From an uncultured Candidatus Saccharibacteria bacterium (lineage in GTDB: Bacteria; Patescibacteriota; Minisyncoccia; Minisyncoccales; 2-12-FULL-40-12): a DNA stretch of 64,000 nucleotides. The translations under genes were made by a program, and so were the position numbers. The stretch is from positions 2,856 through 66,855 of the forward strand of contig CAZFEY010000001.1 in assembly GCA_964518135.1 (NCBI GenBank), read 5' to 3'. Shown piece after piece: positions 25,663 to 35,486 of this stretch. Each line of letters begins with the position of its first letter. Position 1 is the stretch's first letter. Under the pieces are notes generated by a model that saw only the letters and a program-made list of their open reading frames with translations, had not been told where the DNA came from and searched no databases.

Positions 25663-26790
25663 TTACCTAGCGAATGGGTTTGTCCCTCCTCTCACTTCAA
25701 AGTGCAAGTGACAACCAGTTGAAATTCCTGCACCACTCATTCCTGGCTTACCGCCCGTTAAGGCTATAACCTGACCTTGCGAAACTTGCTCGCCCGGACC
25801 CACCATGCTTGTAGCTAAGTGACCATAAAAAGTAACTAGTCCATTGGGATGTAAAATCATAATGTAATTTCCTGCTCCACCGTTCCAGCCATATCTTACT
25901 CTTTGTACTTGTCCTCCGGCCGCTGCATAGATTGGACTATTGCATTTACTGGCAAAATCAACGGCGTTGTGCCAGTGTAAACCTTGAGTTAAAGAGCAAG
26001 ACCCAACAACAGGACATATAAAATAGCTTGAACCGACCGGTATTTGATTCGATGGAACTATTGGCTTGGCAGCTACTGATTGTGACGGCATTTTTCCGCC
26101 CGGCACAACCAAGATGTCTCCTATATAAATATCTTCTTCTTCGGCTAACTCGTTAAAAGCAATAATATCATTCGTCTCTACTTTATAGGTTTTAGCAATA
26201 GCGGCCAAAGTATCGCCCTTTTTAACATAATGTGCCACGCCAGAAATAGGCAAGATGATCAATGACTGGCCCGGCTTTATCTTTGCGCCCCTGCCTAGCT
26301 CATTAGCCCAAAGCAATGTTTCTAAAGTGATATCGAACTTTTCGGCTATACTATTCAAGCTATCTCCATCTTCAACAATATACTCAACAATTTCTGCTCT
26401 GTCGCTCGAAAAATCTTCTTCTTCTCCGATTATCGCACCAAGCGTCTGGCCCGTTGTCATTACCGGAGGAGTAAAAGCCACCAAGCTGTTATTTTGCACA
26501 AATAGCGTATCTGGAGTTTCTTTAACTGCATCGGTCGTCGCCAGACCAACAAAAAGATCGGTTTTATTAACCGAACTTTTTATATCTTCATCCAATAATA
26601 TATTTAACAAATCAACGTTTAATAACGATGCTTGTAAATTATCCTTGACCAATAAGGCGCTTGTTTTCCGCGCAGAAAAAACATTGAAAACAGTAGCGAA
26701 TAAAAGCAAAATTACTACCACCAGCCATAAATGGGAAAAAGGGTCTTTGGCAGATCCTTTTCTCTTAAGCAAACTGATTGTTTTTCTCAT
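25663..26790 (-). CDS. LysM-domain M23 family peptidoglycan endopeptidase
   Basis: Two LysM repeats ('GDSLNSIAEKFDITLETLLWANEL', 'GDTLAAIAKTYKVETNDIIAFNEL'); M23 core 'HNAVDFA...GNYIMILHPNGLVTFYGHL...GCHLHFEV'; start taken at MRKTISLL signal anchor. Confidence 0.85.
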   Translation of the reverse strand: MRKTISLLKRKGSAKDPFSHLWLVVVILLLFATVFNVFSARKTSALLVKDNLQASLLNVDLLNILLDEDIKSSVNKTDLFVGLATTDAVKETPDTLFVQNNSLVAFTPPVMTTGQTLGAIIGEEEDFSSDRAEIVEYIVEDGDSLNSIAEKFDITLETLLWANELGRGAKIKPGQSLIILPISGVAHYVKKGDTLAAIAKTYKVETNDIIAFNELAEEEDIYIGDILVVPGGKMPSQSVAAKPIVPSNQIPVGSSYFICPVVGSCSLTQGLHWHNAVDFASKCNSPIYAAAGGQVQRVRYGWNGGAGNYIMILHPNGLVTFYGHLATSMVGPGEQVSQGQVIALTGGKPGMSGAGISTGCHLHFEVRGGTNPFAR

Positions 26791-26935
26791 TAAAGAGGCT
26801 AAAGCCTCAAAAGAGATTTGTTGTCTAGGAATATTTCTTAAAAATCTTTCAAAAAAATCTTTCCCGACTAGCCTAAGTGGCACGACGCACCACCGGCAAA
26901 CTATGTTTATTAGTTTATCACTACCAGGCATTAAG

Positions 26936-27060
26936 TCAACCCCGTTAGAAACCATCTGTGAAAATTTGCTTACTAAGCATAGAAGCCGTGAGGCGACTCC
27001 GTCTCATAGCTCTCTGTAAAATCGATGGCCATCGCGGGCTTCTAACGGGGTCAACTCCGA
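26936..27060. promoter_or_regulatory. structured element: perfect 11-bp inverted repeat (ccccgttagaa / ttctaacgggg) closing about 100 nt containing 12-bp palindrome cgatggccatcg; candidate riboswitch/leader or small RNA
   Basis: Arms at 26940-26950 and 27040-27050; internal hairpins (gcttagtaagc); lies in 5' leader region of M23 peptidase (minus) and upstream of rsmA (plus). Confidence 0.35.
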
Positions 27061-27118
27061 TAGTGGAAAGCGATTGTGGTCTTATTTTGCATGATTTTCT
27101 GTTAAGATATATTAAGTA

Positions 27119-27955
27119 ATGACATCATCCATATTAAGGGAAACCGAAAAACTGTTAAAAGAGTCTAGAATAAGACCATCTAAAGGGTTGGGGCAGAATT
27201 TTCTGATTAGCGAAGCTGTCATCGAAAACATAATACAAACTGCCGACCTAGGACCAAATGACATCGTGCTAGAAATAGGTGCTGGCACAGGCATTCTAAC
27301 CAAAGAGCTAGCCAAGAAAGCTAAAAGAGTAATTACTATAGAAAAAGACGCTAGGATGGTAGCAATTTTACAAAAAGAGTTAGAGAAATTTAAAAATGTT
27401 AAGGTAGTTCATGGCGATACTTTGAGAATCCGCGACGACGAACTACCGACCATTAGCTACAAGCTGATTGCCAATTTACCCTACTATATAACAACTCCTG
27501 TAATCAGGAAGTCCCTAGAGTCAAGTAGGCCGCCAAAAACAATGGTTTTAATGGTTCAAAAAGAGGTTGCGCAAAAAATCGTAGCCAAGCCGCCAAAAAC
27601 AAACCTACTGGCAGTATCTGTGCATATATATGCGCGCCCTAAGATTGTATCGTTCGTCTCTAAAGAATCTTTCTGGCCAAAACCAAGAGTTGATTCCGCG
27701 ATCCTCCAAATTACTCCACTAATTAACGCTGATAAAAAACTAATAAACACTAATGCATTTTTCAAAATACTGAAGGCAGGATTCTCCCAGCCAAGGAAAC
27801 AGCTTCTTAATAATTTTTCAAATGTGTTAAAATTAAAAAAGGAAGTGACAAAAAACTTATTAATAAAACAAGGGATAGACCCAACAAGAAGAGCGGGAAC
27901 CATAACTATAGAAGAGTGGATCCAGTTGACAGAAAACTTCTCTAGTATTTTATAA
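27119..27955 (+). CDS. rsmA: 16S rRNA (adenine1518/1519-N6)-dimethyltransferase
   Basis: 'LGQNFLISEAVIENI...VLEIGAGTGILTKELA' SAM-binding motif; length 278 aa. Confidence 0.9.
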   Translation: MTSSILRETEKLLKESRIRPSKGLGQNFLISEAVIENIIQTADLGPNDIVLEIGAGTGILTKELAKKAKRVITIEKDARMVAILQKELEKFKNVKVVHGDTLRIRDDELPTISYKLIANLPYYITTPVIRKSLESSRPPKTMVLMVQKEVAQKIVAKPPKTNLLAVSVHIYARPKIVSFVSKESFWPKPRVDSAILQITPLINADKKLINTNAFFKILKAGFSQPRKQLLNNFSNVLKLKKEVTKNLLIKQGIDPTRRAGTITIEEWIQLTENFSSIL

Positions 27956-27977
27956 TTCGTTGCTATAAAATATATCA

Positions 27978-30533
27978 ATGGCTAATAAAAAAATAGTTCT
28001 AGCAATGCTGCTCGCCGTAGTTATTGTTCCTGTATTCTTTTCTTTTGCTTGGGCACAGAACGATAGAGAGCTAGAAGTTGACTACCCGGACATTGGCGGA
28101 ATAGCAGGACCAACCAAAGTTACCGTAGGGCTTCCAGAATACATTAGATATATTTTTAATTTCGTTGTTGGGTTTGCTGGTGTTATTTTATTATACGCCC
28201 TGATAAGGGGAGGCCTTTCTTATTTAGCCTCGGGGGCAAATGTGGCAAAATTAAAAACGGCAAGAGAGCAACTCGGCTCTGTCTTTTTGGGAATAGTAAT
28301 CCTTTTGTCATCTTACATCATCTTAACTACCATTAATCCTCAATTGGCTATTTTAAACCTTCCAATTTTTAGCAATCTGAATTTGGGAGGAGGAACTCCT
28401 GCAACATTCACCACAGACGAAGCGTCTATAATCTATTATGAGATTCCGATTGGACAAATGATAAAAAATGGGGTCTGGAAAACGAGCGCGATAGAAGCAA
28501 TGACCAACATAGATGAAACGGGAATATTAGACGAATTTGAAAAATTTATTACAAGCGAAATTACCACAAGAGATGGAATTTCTATTAAAAGAATCTCTGA
28601 TTTAAATAAATACCTTAAAACATTAGCCGAGAGTTGTAGCTGTAGTGAGATGTCTCCGATCTGTACCAAGCCTAAAAACTTTACCATTGATGTTGGCTGT
28701 ACCGGAGATCCTTGTGAAAAAAATAGAGACAAAATAGAAGACGTCCTAGACATCAATAGCAAGCTAATAGAAAATCCTGACGAGCCAATAAATAGCCTTA
28801 AAGAATTCAATGACAAAATAAAGGATAATCCTGATGAGCCAATAAATAGCCTTAAAGAATTCCTAGAAGAACAAGATAAATTTTTTAACAATCTTGATGT
28901 CCAAGAAAAATTTTCTGAGTGCTTAGAGACTGGGTTTTTAATAACACAGGGTGAATATTTACAATCCGTACGCTACTACGAAGATCAAGGAATTAAAACA
29001 GAGGTCGTCCAGAGCTATATGCCTTCTAAAGGCGACCCATTTACATTTTATTGCACCGTTGGCGGCACAATGATGGATATACCGATAAAGCAAGACGAAC
29101 TTTCCGTACCTATATCGGGTGGAACTGGGTTTGACTTACCGCCATCCGCAACAGAAGAGCCTGAACCATTGAGCTGTCCCGGCGTGGTGCCTATTGGCGA
29201 AATAATAGACGTTGTTGGATCTGCTTCTGTGATATCGAATGAAAACTTAACAGGGCTTACGGAGTTAATCGACGAACTAACAATCGAGATGAGAGATATG
29301 GCCGATAGAATATCGGAGTGCAACGAAGACAGTTGCAAATCACCACAGACTGGCAAGAATGCTGCTAATTGTAAGTGCTTTCCTAATCCTTGTTATATAC
29401 CTCCCGGCGTCCCCTGTCCTCCCGGTTTGGGATTTTGCGTTGGACAGATGTGCATGACCCCTTGTCTCAAGCCATCTCCTGGTAGTTGTGAGGCTAAAAA
29501 TTTTGATGCCCCAAACTATGGCTCACCATGCCCTTTGGGAAGATTGGCTGAATCTTCTGAACCAGGAGATCCCCCAGACATAAAGTCAATGGAAAAAACC
29601 ATTAAAGACATTAAGAGAACTGAAAATACAATTCTTGAAGCTATCGAAGGGCTAAGGCAAGGCTTTTCCAATACGCCCTACGTTGTTGAAACTCCGCAAC
29701 AAATCCCAATAGACTTAGTAGAGGGAGTCAAATGGGTTATGGGATTTTGTAGAAATGAAGATATTGTCAATCCAACCTGGGCAATGGTAAATTGCGGCTT
29801 GGCTACCGGCAATATAGGACCTGATGGCAATGAAATTGCTGGATGCGATCTGCGAAGTTTCTTTTGCTGTACTGGCGATAGGGCAGCAGCAGAAAACGCA
29901 AGACTATCATATTCTAGCGGTGGAGGTGGAGGCGGGGGTGGACAATATGCCGCAACCTATTACACCCCATACGTTGGTCCACCAGTAGCGACTGATGGCG
30001 CATGCAACCAAAGAATCATTACGCAAGCATCAAAATATGACGGAATACTTTATAGTCAAGGATGGAATAAGTCAACATATCCTGCTGAATGCCGAACTCG
30101 AAGTAGGGGCCATTGTTACACGGCTGCGGAAAATAAAGGACCAGAAGGAGTACAATGCCTAGATTGTTCTGGTTTCGCTAGTCGCGTTTATAGAGATCTT
30201 GGTATTCTCCCGCTAGCACCAACTGACCCGAGCGCAGGATGGTGTCATCATGTAGCAGCAATAATAGCCAATAGGTCATATTTCTACGAAATATCAGCGC
30301 AAGATATATTACCAGGAGATTTAGTTACGAATGGCTCTGGTTCTGAAGGAGACCCTATGCATGTTGTTATTTATGAAAGCGGTGATGCCTCAAGAAGATT
30401 TTGGACGTGGCAAGAAGGAGGCGGAGGCGGTGGTGGCCTTCCCGGCTGTAATGGTAAAGTATGTAGAACAGAAAGGACCGCGCGAAGCAATCAGCGATAC
30501 TGGAGAAGAGTAAATGAATGCGATACGTTCTAA
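27978..30533 (+). CDS. secreted fusion protein: VirB2/TrbC-like two-helix pilin-like N-domain + Cys-rich ectodomain + C-terminal NlpC/P60 peptidoglycan hydrolase domain flanked by Gly8 runs
   Basis: Signal peptide; 'YIRYIFNFVVGFAGVILLY...ASGANVAKLKTAREQLGSVFLGIVILLSSYI..TINPQL'; NlpC/P60 Cys 'CLDCSGFASRVY' and His 'GDLV...HVVIY'; GGGGGGGG at aa about 650 and about 815. Confidence 0.6.
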   Translation: MANKKIVLAMLLAVVIVPVFFSFAWAQNDRELEVDYPDIGGIAGPTKVTVGLPEYIRYIFNFVVGFAGVILLYALIRGGLSYLASGANVAKLKTAREQLGSVFLGIVILLSSYIILTTINPQLAILNLPIFSNLNLGGGTPATFTTDEASIIYYEIPIGQMIKNGVWKTSAIEAMTNIDETGILDEFEKFITSEITTRDGISIKRISDLNKYLKTLAESCSCSEMSPICTKPKNFTIDVGCTGDPCEKNRDKIEDVLDINSKLIENPDEPINSLKEFNDKIKDNPDEPINSLKEFLEEQDKFFNNLDVQEKFSECLETGFLITQGEYLQSVRYYEDQGIKTEVVQSYMPSKGDPFTFYCTVGGTMMDIPIKQDELSVPISGGTGFDLPPSATEEPEPLSCPGVVPIGEIIDVVGSASVISNENLTGLTELIDELTIEMRDMADRISECNEDSCKSPQTGKNAANCKCFPNPCYIPPGVPCPPGLGFCVGQMCMTPCLKPSPGSCEAKNFDAPNYGSPCPLGRLAESSEPGDPPDIKSMEKTIKDIKRTENTILEAIEGLRQGFSNTPYVVETPQQIPIDLVEGVKWVMGFCRNEDIVNPTWAMVNCGLATGNIGPDGNEIAGCDLRSFFCCTGDRAAAENARLSYSSGGGGGGGGQYAATYYTPYVGPPVATDGACNQRIITQASKYDGILYSQGWNKSTYPAECRTRSRGHCYTAAENKGPEGVQCLDCSGFASRVYRDLGILPLAPTDPSAGWCHHVAAIIANRSYFYEISAQDILPGDLVTNGSGSEGDPMHVVIYESGDASRRFWTWQEGGGGGGGLPGCNGKVCRTERTARSNQRYWRRVNECDTF
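28773..28863 (+). repeat. two 36-bp near-identical direct repeats (aatcctga[c/t]gagccaataaatagccttaaagaattc) 55 bp apart, in-frame (ENPDEPINSLKEF x2)
   Basis: Direct reading of sequence; 1 mismatch. Confidence 0.8.
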
Positions 30534-30592
30534 AAAATCTTAGCGGAAATATTTTAATAACCCCACTTTGAGTTGTTGATAAAATATTATTT

Positions 30593-33500
30593 ATGAATAA
30601 AAAAAGTATTTATAATGTATTTAAAAAAACTAGCGGCCTGACCATCCCTCTTTTCGCATTAATCTTAGCCACGATTGCGATCTTGTTAGTTGCAACCAAA
30701 AGTGCGGCTCAAATACCATCTCTTTTTCTGCCAAATTTTCCAAGCAGATTAATGTATTTATCGGACGCGATAGCTAATACTAGCCAAGAATTAATCAGTC
30801 CAAATCAAGACATGATAGATCTTGTTAATGAATGTAGCTGCGAATTCTCACAATCCCAATGCAAACAAATTATAACAAATGGACAACCGTCTGGCTGTGT
30901 AACGATTGGGGCTATCGGTAAACCTTGTTCTTTGGTATCTCCAGGAGAAGAAACAGAACCTACGATCCGCAGTTTACAGCGAAAATCTCGTAATTTGGCA
31001 TTGGATTTATCTTACTTGCGAAAACTTCTAATTAAAGAAAAAGAGGCGGGACTAGAAAGACAACTTGAAACATTAAGAAAAGATCCAAGTGCGGGCATTG
31101 ACGACGCTCAAGACCTAAGAGATGCAATTAATATCATCCTTGGAACTTCTGCCGATTACGCAGACGGCGCCCTTTCTAAGGTCATAACAAAAGCGGAGGC
31201 TAATCTAGAAAGACCAAAACAGTGCTCGACCAATGCTTGTACCCCTCATTGCGGCCCAGGAGATAGTTTCTCTTTAAGTGAGTATATGTGTTTACCAGCT
31301 CTTACCTTCGAACTTGGCGAGGTAAAACCAACCGTTATTAATTTCCATGCTGGAATTGAGATTGAGGATTGGGAGCTTGGCAAGATAGAAATAACCAATG
31401 TTAAATTAAATCTTCCAGAGTCAATTGACATACCCGAACTTCCGGGACTAAAAATGCCATCTTTTTCGATATCTGTGCCGGAAATCAAAATTGACTGTCC
31501 AACCAAAAAACAAGAAATTTCCTTCCAAACTCCACAACCCTCTCTGCCAAAAACACCGACGATGAAATTATCCTGCCCAACCTATAATACGACTGCTAGC
31601 TATCAATACCCATCAGACCTTCAACCGGGCAGTGAAAAGTATCGAGAATTCGAATGGTTTTTGGAAACTTTCTCTTGGTTATCGGGCATATGTATGGATG
31701 CGGTATGGGGAGATGGAGATTTACCGGATAGCCAAAAAATGCAATACCCCGATAAATTCAATCAGTCTTTAACTACTTGTTTCGACCCATTTAATGTTGC
31801 TAATAAATTAATACAGGAGTGTAACGAACAGTATGCGAACTATCATCCATCCAACCCACCAAGCGGTCCACCGCCAGTTTATCCTGCCTGTGAATATTGG
31901 GTTAACAAACAACCGGCCGAGTTTGGCAGTATAACAGAAGAACATTGTTTTAAATTTTTTGAAGGATTTGCCGATCCATCAGGAACGCAGGGGTGGGAAG
32001 ATATCGACGGAAACCCTGCAACGAACGATCCAAAAACATTTGACCCTGGAACAAAAGATAAAATATATGACTATCTCGAGCAAAAATACGGAATCACAAT
32101 AGACGACGAACCCCAAGACCAATGTCGTGATAAACTAGACCCTCTACCAACCCTTATTGATTCTTGCAATAAACTTCGCGAGCTACATCCCCAGAAACAA
32201 GCTATAGAATTCCCCGATCAATGTAAGATCTTACCAATATTTTACAATCTTCCAGACTATATCCCTCCCCATCAAATTGCTAGTCCAGAAGTTCTTGAGT
32301 TATTTGCTCAATCTCAATTATTATCAGGGCAACAAATGAACGACCTGCCAAGCAAATCGATTTCCGGTTGCCCCTCTATTGGAGCTCCTTCAATACCTAA
32401 AATACCATTATCTAAGTACTCGATAATTATTCCCGATATCAAGCTACCAACTTTTAAATTGGGTCCGTTCTTCAGAATAAAATTACCTAGTCTAATTTTT
32501 GAGGATTTGATATTTGAAGATATTGAACTATGCAATCTGGATGATTGCCAATTCAAATTCCCCAATTTAAACTTTGAAGCACCAACGTTAACAATACCTC
32601 AAATAGACGTTCCATCGATTAAGCTTGAGAGCTTTAACGTACCTGGCATTCCTAACGATATCGGCAAGGGCATAGAGATAAGTATAAGCCCTATGGAATT
32701 TCAGCCATTTGATTTTGACTTTTCACAGCTGATTAATTTAAATTCTCTGGTTTCTCCAGAATTCCAGACTCCCGATATTTCTCTCCCCAAACCGAAACTG
32801 ACGTTTGGCTTTGAGGGACTTGATATTGATTTCACAAGTTTGCTATCTGGATTATTTGATTTTAACCTTCCGCCAAACCCTGGTCTCGCATGCCTCCCAG
32901 AATTTTGGAATATAGATGGCATACCTATCGCATTCGACTTCCCTGACTATATTTTTTCTTGGCCTGCATTCCCAGATATCCCTGAAATTCCTGGCTGCGC
33001 GGATGCTAAAAAATTCTGCAAAGACATCAATGGTTCTATTCAGAAAATAACTGAACAGGCTGGAGAAATTCAAGAAGTTGTTAATGGCACTATCCAAACT
33101 GAAATCCAAGGCGTTCTTAATATGTTCAAAAATGAGATAGAAAACCAATTAACGGGCGCTATCGAAAGCAAGCTTAACGATATCGCAACAGAAATTAAAA
33201 AAGAAATTTACAATTGGATCCAAAGCAATGCTCCACCATCAACAAGCCTACCCTCAGCTCCGATACCGGGAGTATTCCCAGTAGCTGATGGGCTTTCTTG
33301 TCAAGGACTACCGCCTTTAACTATTGACCTAAAAGATATTCTTGGCGACCTATATATTAACACGATAGAATTGGAAGATTATTTACCACCGGGGTTGAAT
33401 CTGGAAAAAATTTCTATTCCCTGGCCAGATGAGTTAAAAAACTTAGATCTTTCAACGATAAACAATCCTCTATGCTCGGACTGTAAAGGATTAAGTTATG

Positions 33501-33766
33501 AACTACCAACCGTTCCTCTCTCTGGTCTTAAATATGAAAAAAGTGTACCAATTGAGCTCCCCGGATTCCAATATCCTTCTCCACAAATTAATTTCGGGAG
33601 TCCTTTACCAAATGCAACTGCCTGTGTTAGCCAACCGCCGACTGGGAACGCTTGCGGCGCAGCTCCTGGCGACATGCAAACCGACCTTACTGGTTCTGAT
33701 GGCATACAAGAGCTCAGCCAAAAACTTAACGATGCTTCTAAAAAGATAAGGGATGTATTACAATAA
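30593..33766 (+). CDS. large (1057 aa) N-terminally membrane-anchored Cys-rich extracellular protein
   Basis: Single N-terminal TM; shares 'ECSC...C...GC...PC' module with 27978.. protein; many Pro/Cys; no catalytic motif recognised. Confidence 0.55.
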   Translation: MNKKSIYNVFKKTSGLTIPLFALILATIAILLVATKSAAQIPSLFLPNFPSRLMYLSDAIANTSQELISPNQDMIDLVNECSCEFSQSQCKQIITNGQPSGCVTIGAIGKPCSLVSPGEETEPTIRSLQRKSRNLALDLSYLRKLLIKEKEAGLERQLETLRKDPSAGIDDAQDLRDAINIILGTSADYADGALSKVITKAEANLERPKQCSTNACTPHCGPGDSFSLSEYMCLPALTFELGEVKPTVINFHAGIEIEDWELGKIEITNVKLNLPESIDIPELPGLKMPSFSISVPEIKIDCPTKKQEISFQTPQPSLPKTPTMKLSCPTYNTTASYQYPSDLQPGSEKYREFEWFLETFSWLSGICMDAVWGDGDLPDSQKMQYPDKFNQSLTTCFDPFNVANKLIQECNEQYANYHPSNPPSGPPPVYPACEYWVNKQPAEFGSITEEHCFKFFEGFADPSGTQGWEDIDGNPATNDPKTFDPGTKDKIYDYLEQKYGITIDDEPQDQCRDKLDPLPTLIDSCNKLRELHPQKQAIEFPDQCKILPIFYNLPDYIPPHQIASPEVLELFAQSQLLSGQQMNDLPSKSISGCPSIGAPSIPKIPLSKYSIIIPDIKLPTFKLGPFFRIKLPSLIFEDLIFEDIELCNLDDCQFKFPNLNFEAPTLTIPQIDVPSIKLESFNVPGIPNDIGKGIEISISPMEFQPFDFDFSQLINLNSLVSPEFQTPDISLPKPKLTFGFEGLDIDFTSLLSGLFDFNLPPNPGLACLPEFWNIDGIPIAFDFPDYIFSWPAFPDIPEIPGCADAKKFCKDINGSIQKITEQAGEIQEVVNGTIQTEIQGVLNMFKNEIENQLTGAIESKLNDIATEIKKEIYNWIQSNAPPSTSLPSAPIPGVFPVADGLSCQGLPPLTIDLKDILGDLYINTIELEDYLPPGLNLEKISIPWPDELKNLDLSTINNPLCSDCKGLSYELPTVPLSGLKYEKSVPIELPGFQYPSPQINFGSPLPNATACVSQPPTGNACGAAPGDMQTDLTGSDGIQELSQKLNDASKKIRDVLQ

Positions 33767-33776
33767 CATAACATCA

Positions 33777-35465
33777 ATGAAGCAGGAAAAAGATAAAATT
33801 AATAAAACCGTCTTTCTTGTGATCGCAATTTTGTTTTTGTCTTTTTCTTTTAGCGATTATGCAGTAGCGGCATTAGCTAAAAAATGTGGCCCCGATAATC
33901 CTAGCGACCCCGCTTGTCTCCCCGGACAAAAGTGCGTAGAACAAGAATTGGGATCACCACCCGAAACAGAGTGGAGGTGTGCCAGGCCATTGGAAATTAT
34001 TTACCCTCAAATCCCAGGACAACCTGCGACAACAACGCCAGAAACGGTTGCTACTGGCCTCTCTCAATACTTTAGATATATTTTCCTATTTGCAGTTTTT
34101 CTTATCGGATTAGTAATCCTGGCCGTTTTTGTTTATTACGGAACAAGATATATGTCGTTGGCTTCGACCGGAAACGTGTCCGGACTCGCCGATGCCAAGC
34201 AAGGTATTAGCGCGGCTCTATTAGGAACTGCAATCTTGGTGTGCTCCTATGTTATATTTAATACTATAAATCCACAACTAACTATCCTTTCATTGCCAAG
34301 CGCGGCAATCTTAGAACAAGTAATCCCACCCGGCGTTTACGTCTGCAATTACGAATACAGCGGTAATTCAGTTACAAGCAAGGCTGTCAGTGAAAATCTT
34401 ATAGCCGATGACAGTATTGGCACTATTCTGTCTGCTTACATTTCTAAAGCAGGGGAAGAGCAAATCGAGATTGTTAAATTAATGCAAAGCATATTTGTTG
34501 ATCCGGACAATAATGATCATACCTGTCCAAAGGTCAATTTTTCTGGTAATTTCCAAAACTTTGCAGTCGAAGAAAAGAATACAATGTTTGTTGTCCCATC
34601 TATAAGATTTTCTGCTCAACTTAAAGCTGGTAGTACCGACGAATACGAGTATGTAAAAAAACCGTCCTACGAATACGGCTTGATTTTACACGAGAAAGAT
34701 GATTTAAGAGGTAAATGTTTAGAATATCCGAATATTAACGATTACGGTGGACAAATTTACACCGAGGTCACGTTTGAAAATGGAAGAATGATGATTGGCG
34801 ATACTCCTTATAGCACCGGAGGGACATATGTGAATCCAATAAAGGACTTTGAGGCGGGGGTGGGAATTCCAAACAATAACTTTTCCAAGAATCGCGCCAG
34901 ATCAATAACAATTTTTAAAAGACCAGAAATAAAACCATCCTCAACAGCCCAAGGATTAACATTACATATGTGCGCTGATTACGACAGAACCGGAATGTGT
35001 CCACAGTCTCTGTATGATGCTGGGGCAATAGACACGACAACGGGGGAACCTAAATATCCAGCTAGTGCTAATTTCCCACCTAACTTAGCACCGCCAGCAG
35101 ACCCTAAAGATACAGACGTTTATTCTCTTTATTCCAGTGATCCCAATTTGCCCATCGACCCTCGCTTAGAGAACGTAGCTCCGGGGACAGGAAACGGTTA
35201 TGGTATACGATCAACTCGAATCGATCCCGACAATTCAGTATTCGCGATTTTAATGGATGCCGAGAATAATTGCTCGATTCTTAAAGGCGATAATCCCGAT
35301 ATTGGAAATATAGCAATCAATAAATGTGATTTTGACGTCGATCAACAGGTAGGCGGTCGCTGTGACTCAAAACACGGTCTTTTGTGGTGGCACTGGGGCG
35401 GATTCACTGATAAATGCGTGCCCTGCGTTACCACAATACAAGTTTTTGAAGGTAAAGTATTGTAA
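33777..35465 (+). CDS. secreted fusion protein: VirB2/TrbC-like pilin-like domain + about 400-aa C-terminal ectodomain
   Basis: Signal peptide, 'YFRYIFLFAVFLIGLVILAVFVYY...ASTGNVSGLADAKQGISAALLGTAILVCSYVIFNTINPQL' aligns with 27978.. N-domain; start taken at MKQEKDK. Confidence 0.55.
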   Translation: MKQEKDKINKTVFLVIAILFLSFSFSDYAVAALAKKCGPDNPSDPACLPGQKCVEQELGSPPETEWRCARPLEIIYPQIPGQPATTTPETVATGLSQYFRYIFLFAVFLIGLVILAVFVYYGTRYMSLASTGNVSGLADAKQGISAALLGTAILVCSYVIFNTINPQLTILSLPSAAILEQVIPPGVYVCNYEYSGNSVTSKAVSENLIADDSIGTILSAYISKAGEEQIEIVKLMQSIFVDPDNNDHTCPKVNFSGNFQNFAVEEKNTMFVVPSIRFSAQLKAGSTDEYEYVKKPSYEYGLILHEKDDLRGKCLEYPNINDYGGQIYTEVTFENGRMMIGDTPYSTGGTYVNPIKDFEAGVGIPNNNFSKNRARSITIFKRPEIKPSSTAQGLTLHMCADYDRTGMCPQSLYDAGAIDTTTGEPKYPASANFPPNLAPPADPKDTDVYSLYSSDPNLPIDPRLENVAPGTGNGYGIRSTRIDPDNSVFAILMDAENNCSILKGDNPDIGNIAINKCDFDVDQQVGGRCDSKHGLLWWHWGGFTDKCVPCVTTIQVFEGKVL

Positions 35466-35486
35466 TATTGAATATTTAAAAAACCG

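Noticed and set aside
25600-25680. Short 'tcctattt' iterations after the yifB terminator considered as a CRISPR/tandem repeat
   Set aside because: Units are about 8 nt, irregular and number only 3-4. There is no spacer structure and no cas genes anywhere in the window.
26255-27019. 254-aa ORF on plus strand
   Set aside because: Entirely antisense to the well-supported LysM-M23 peptidase gene.
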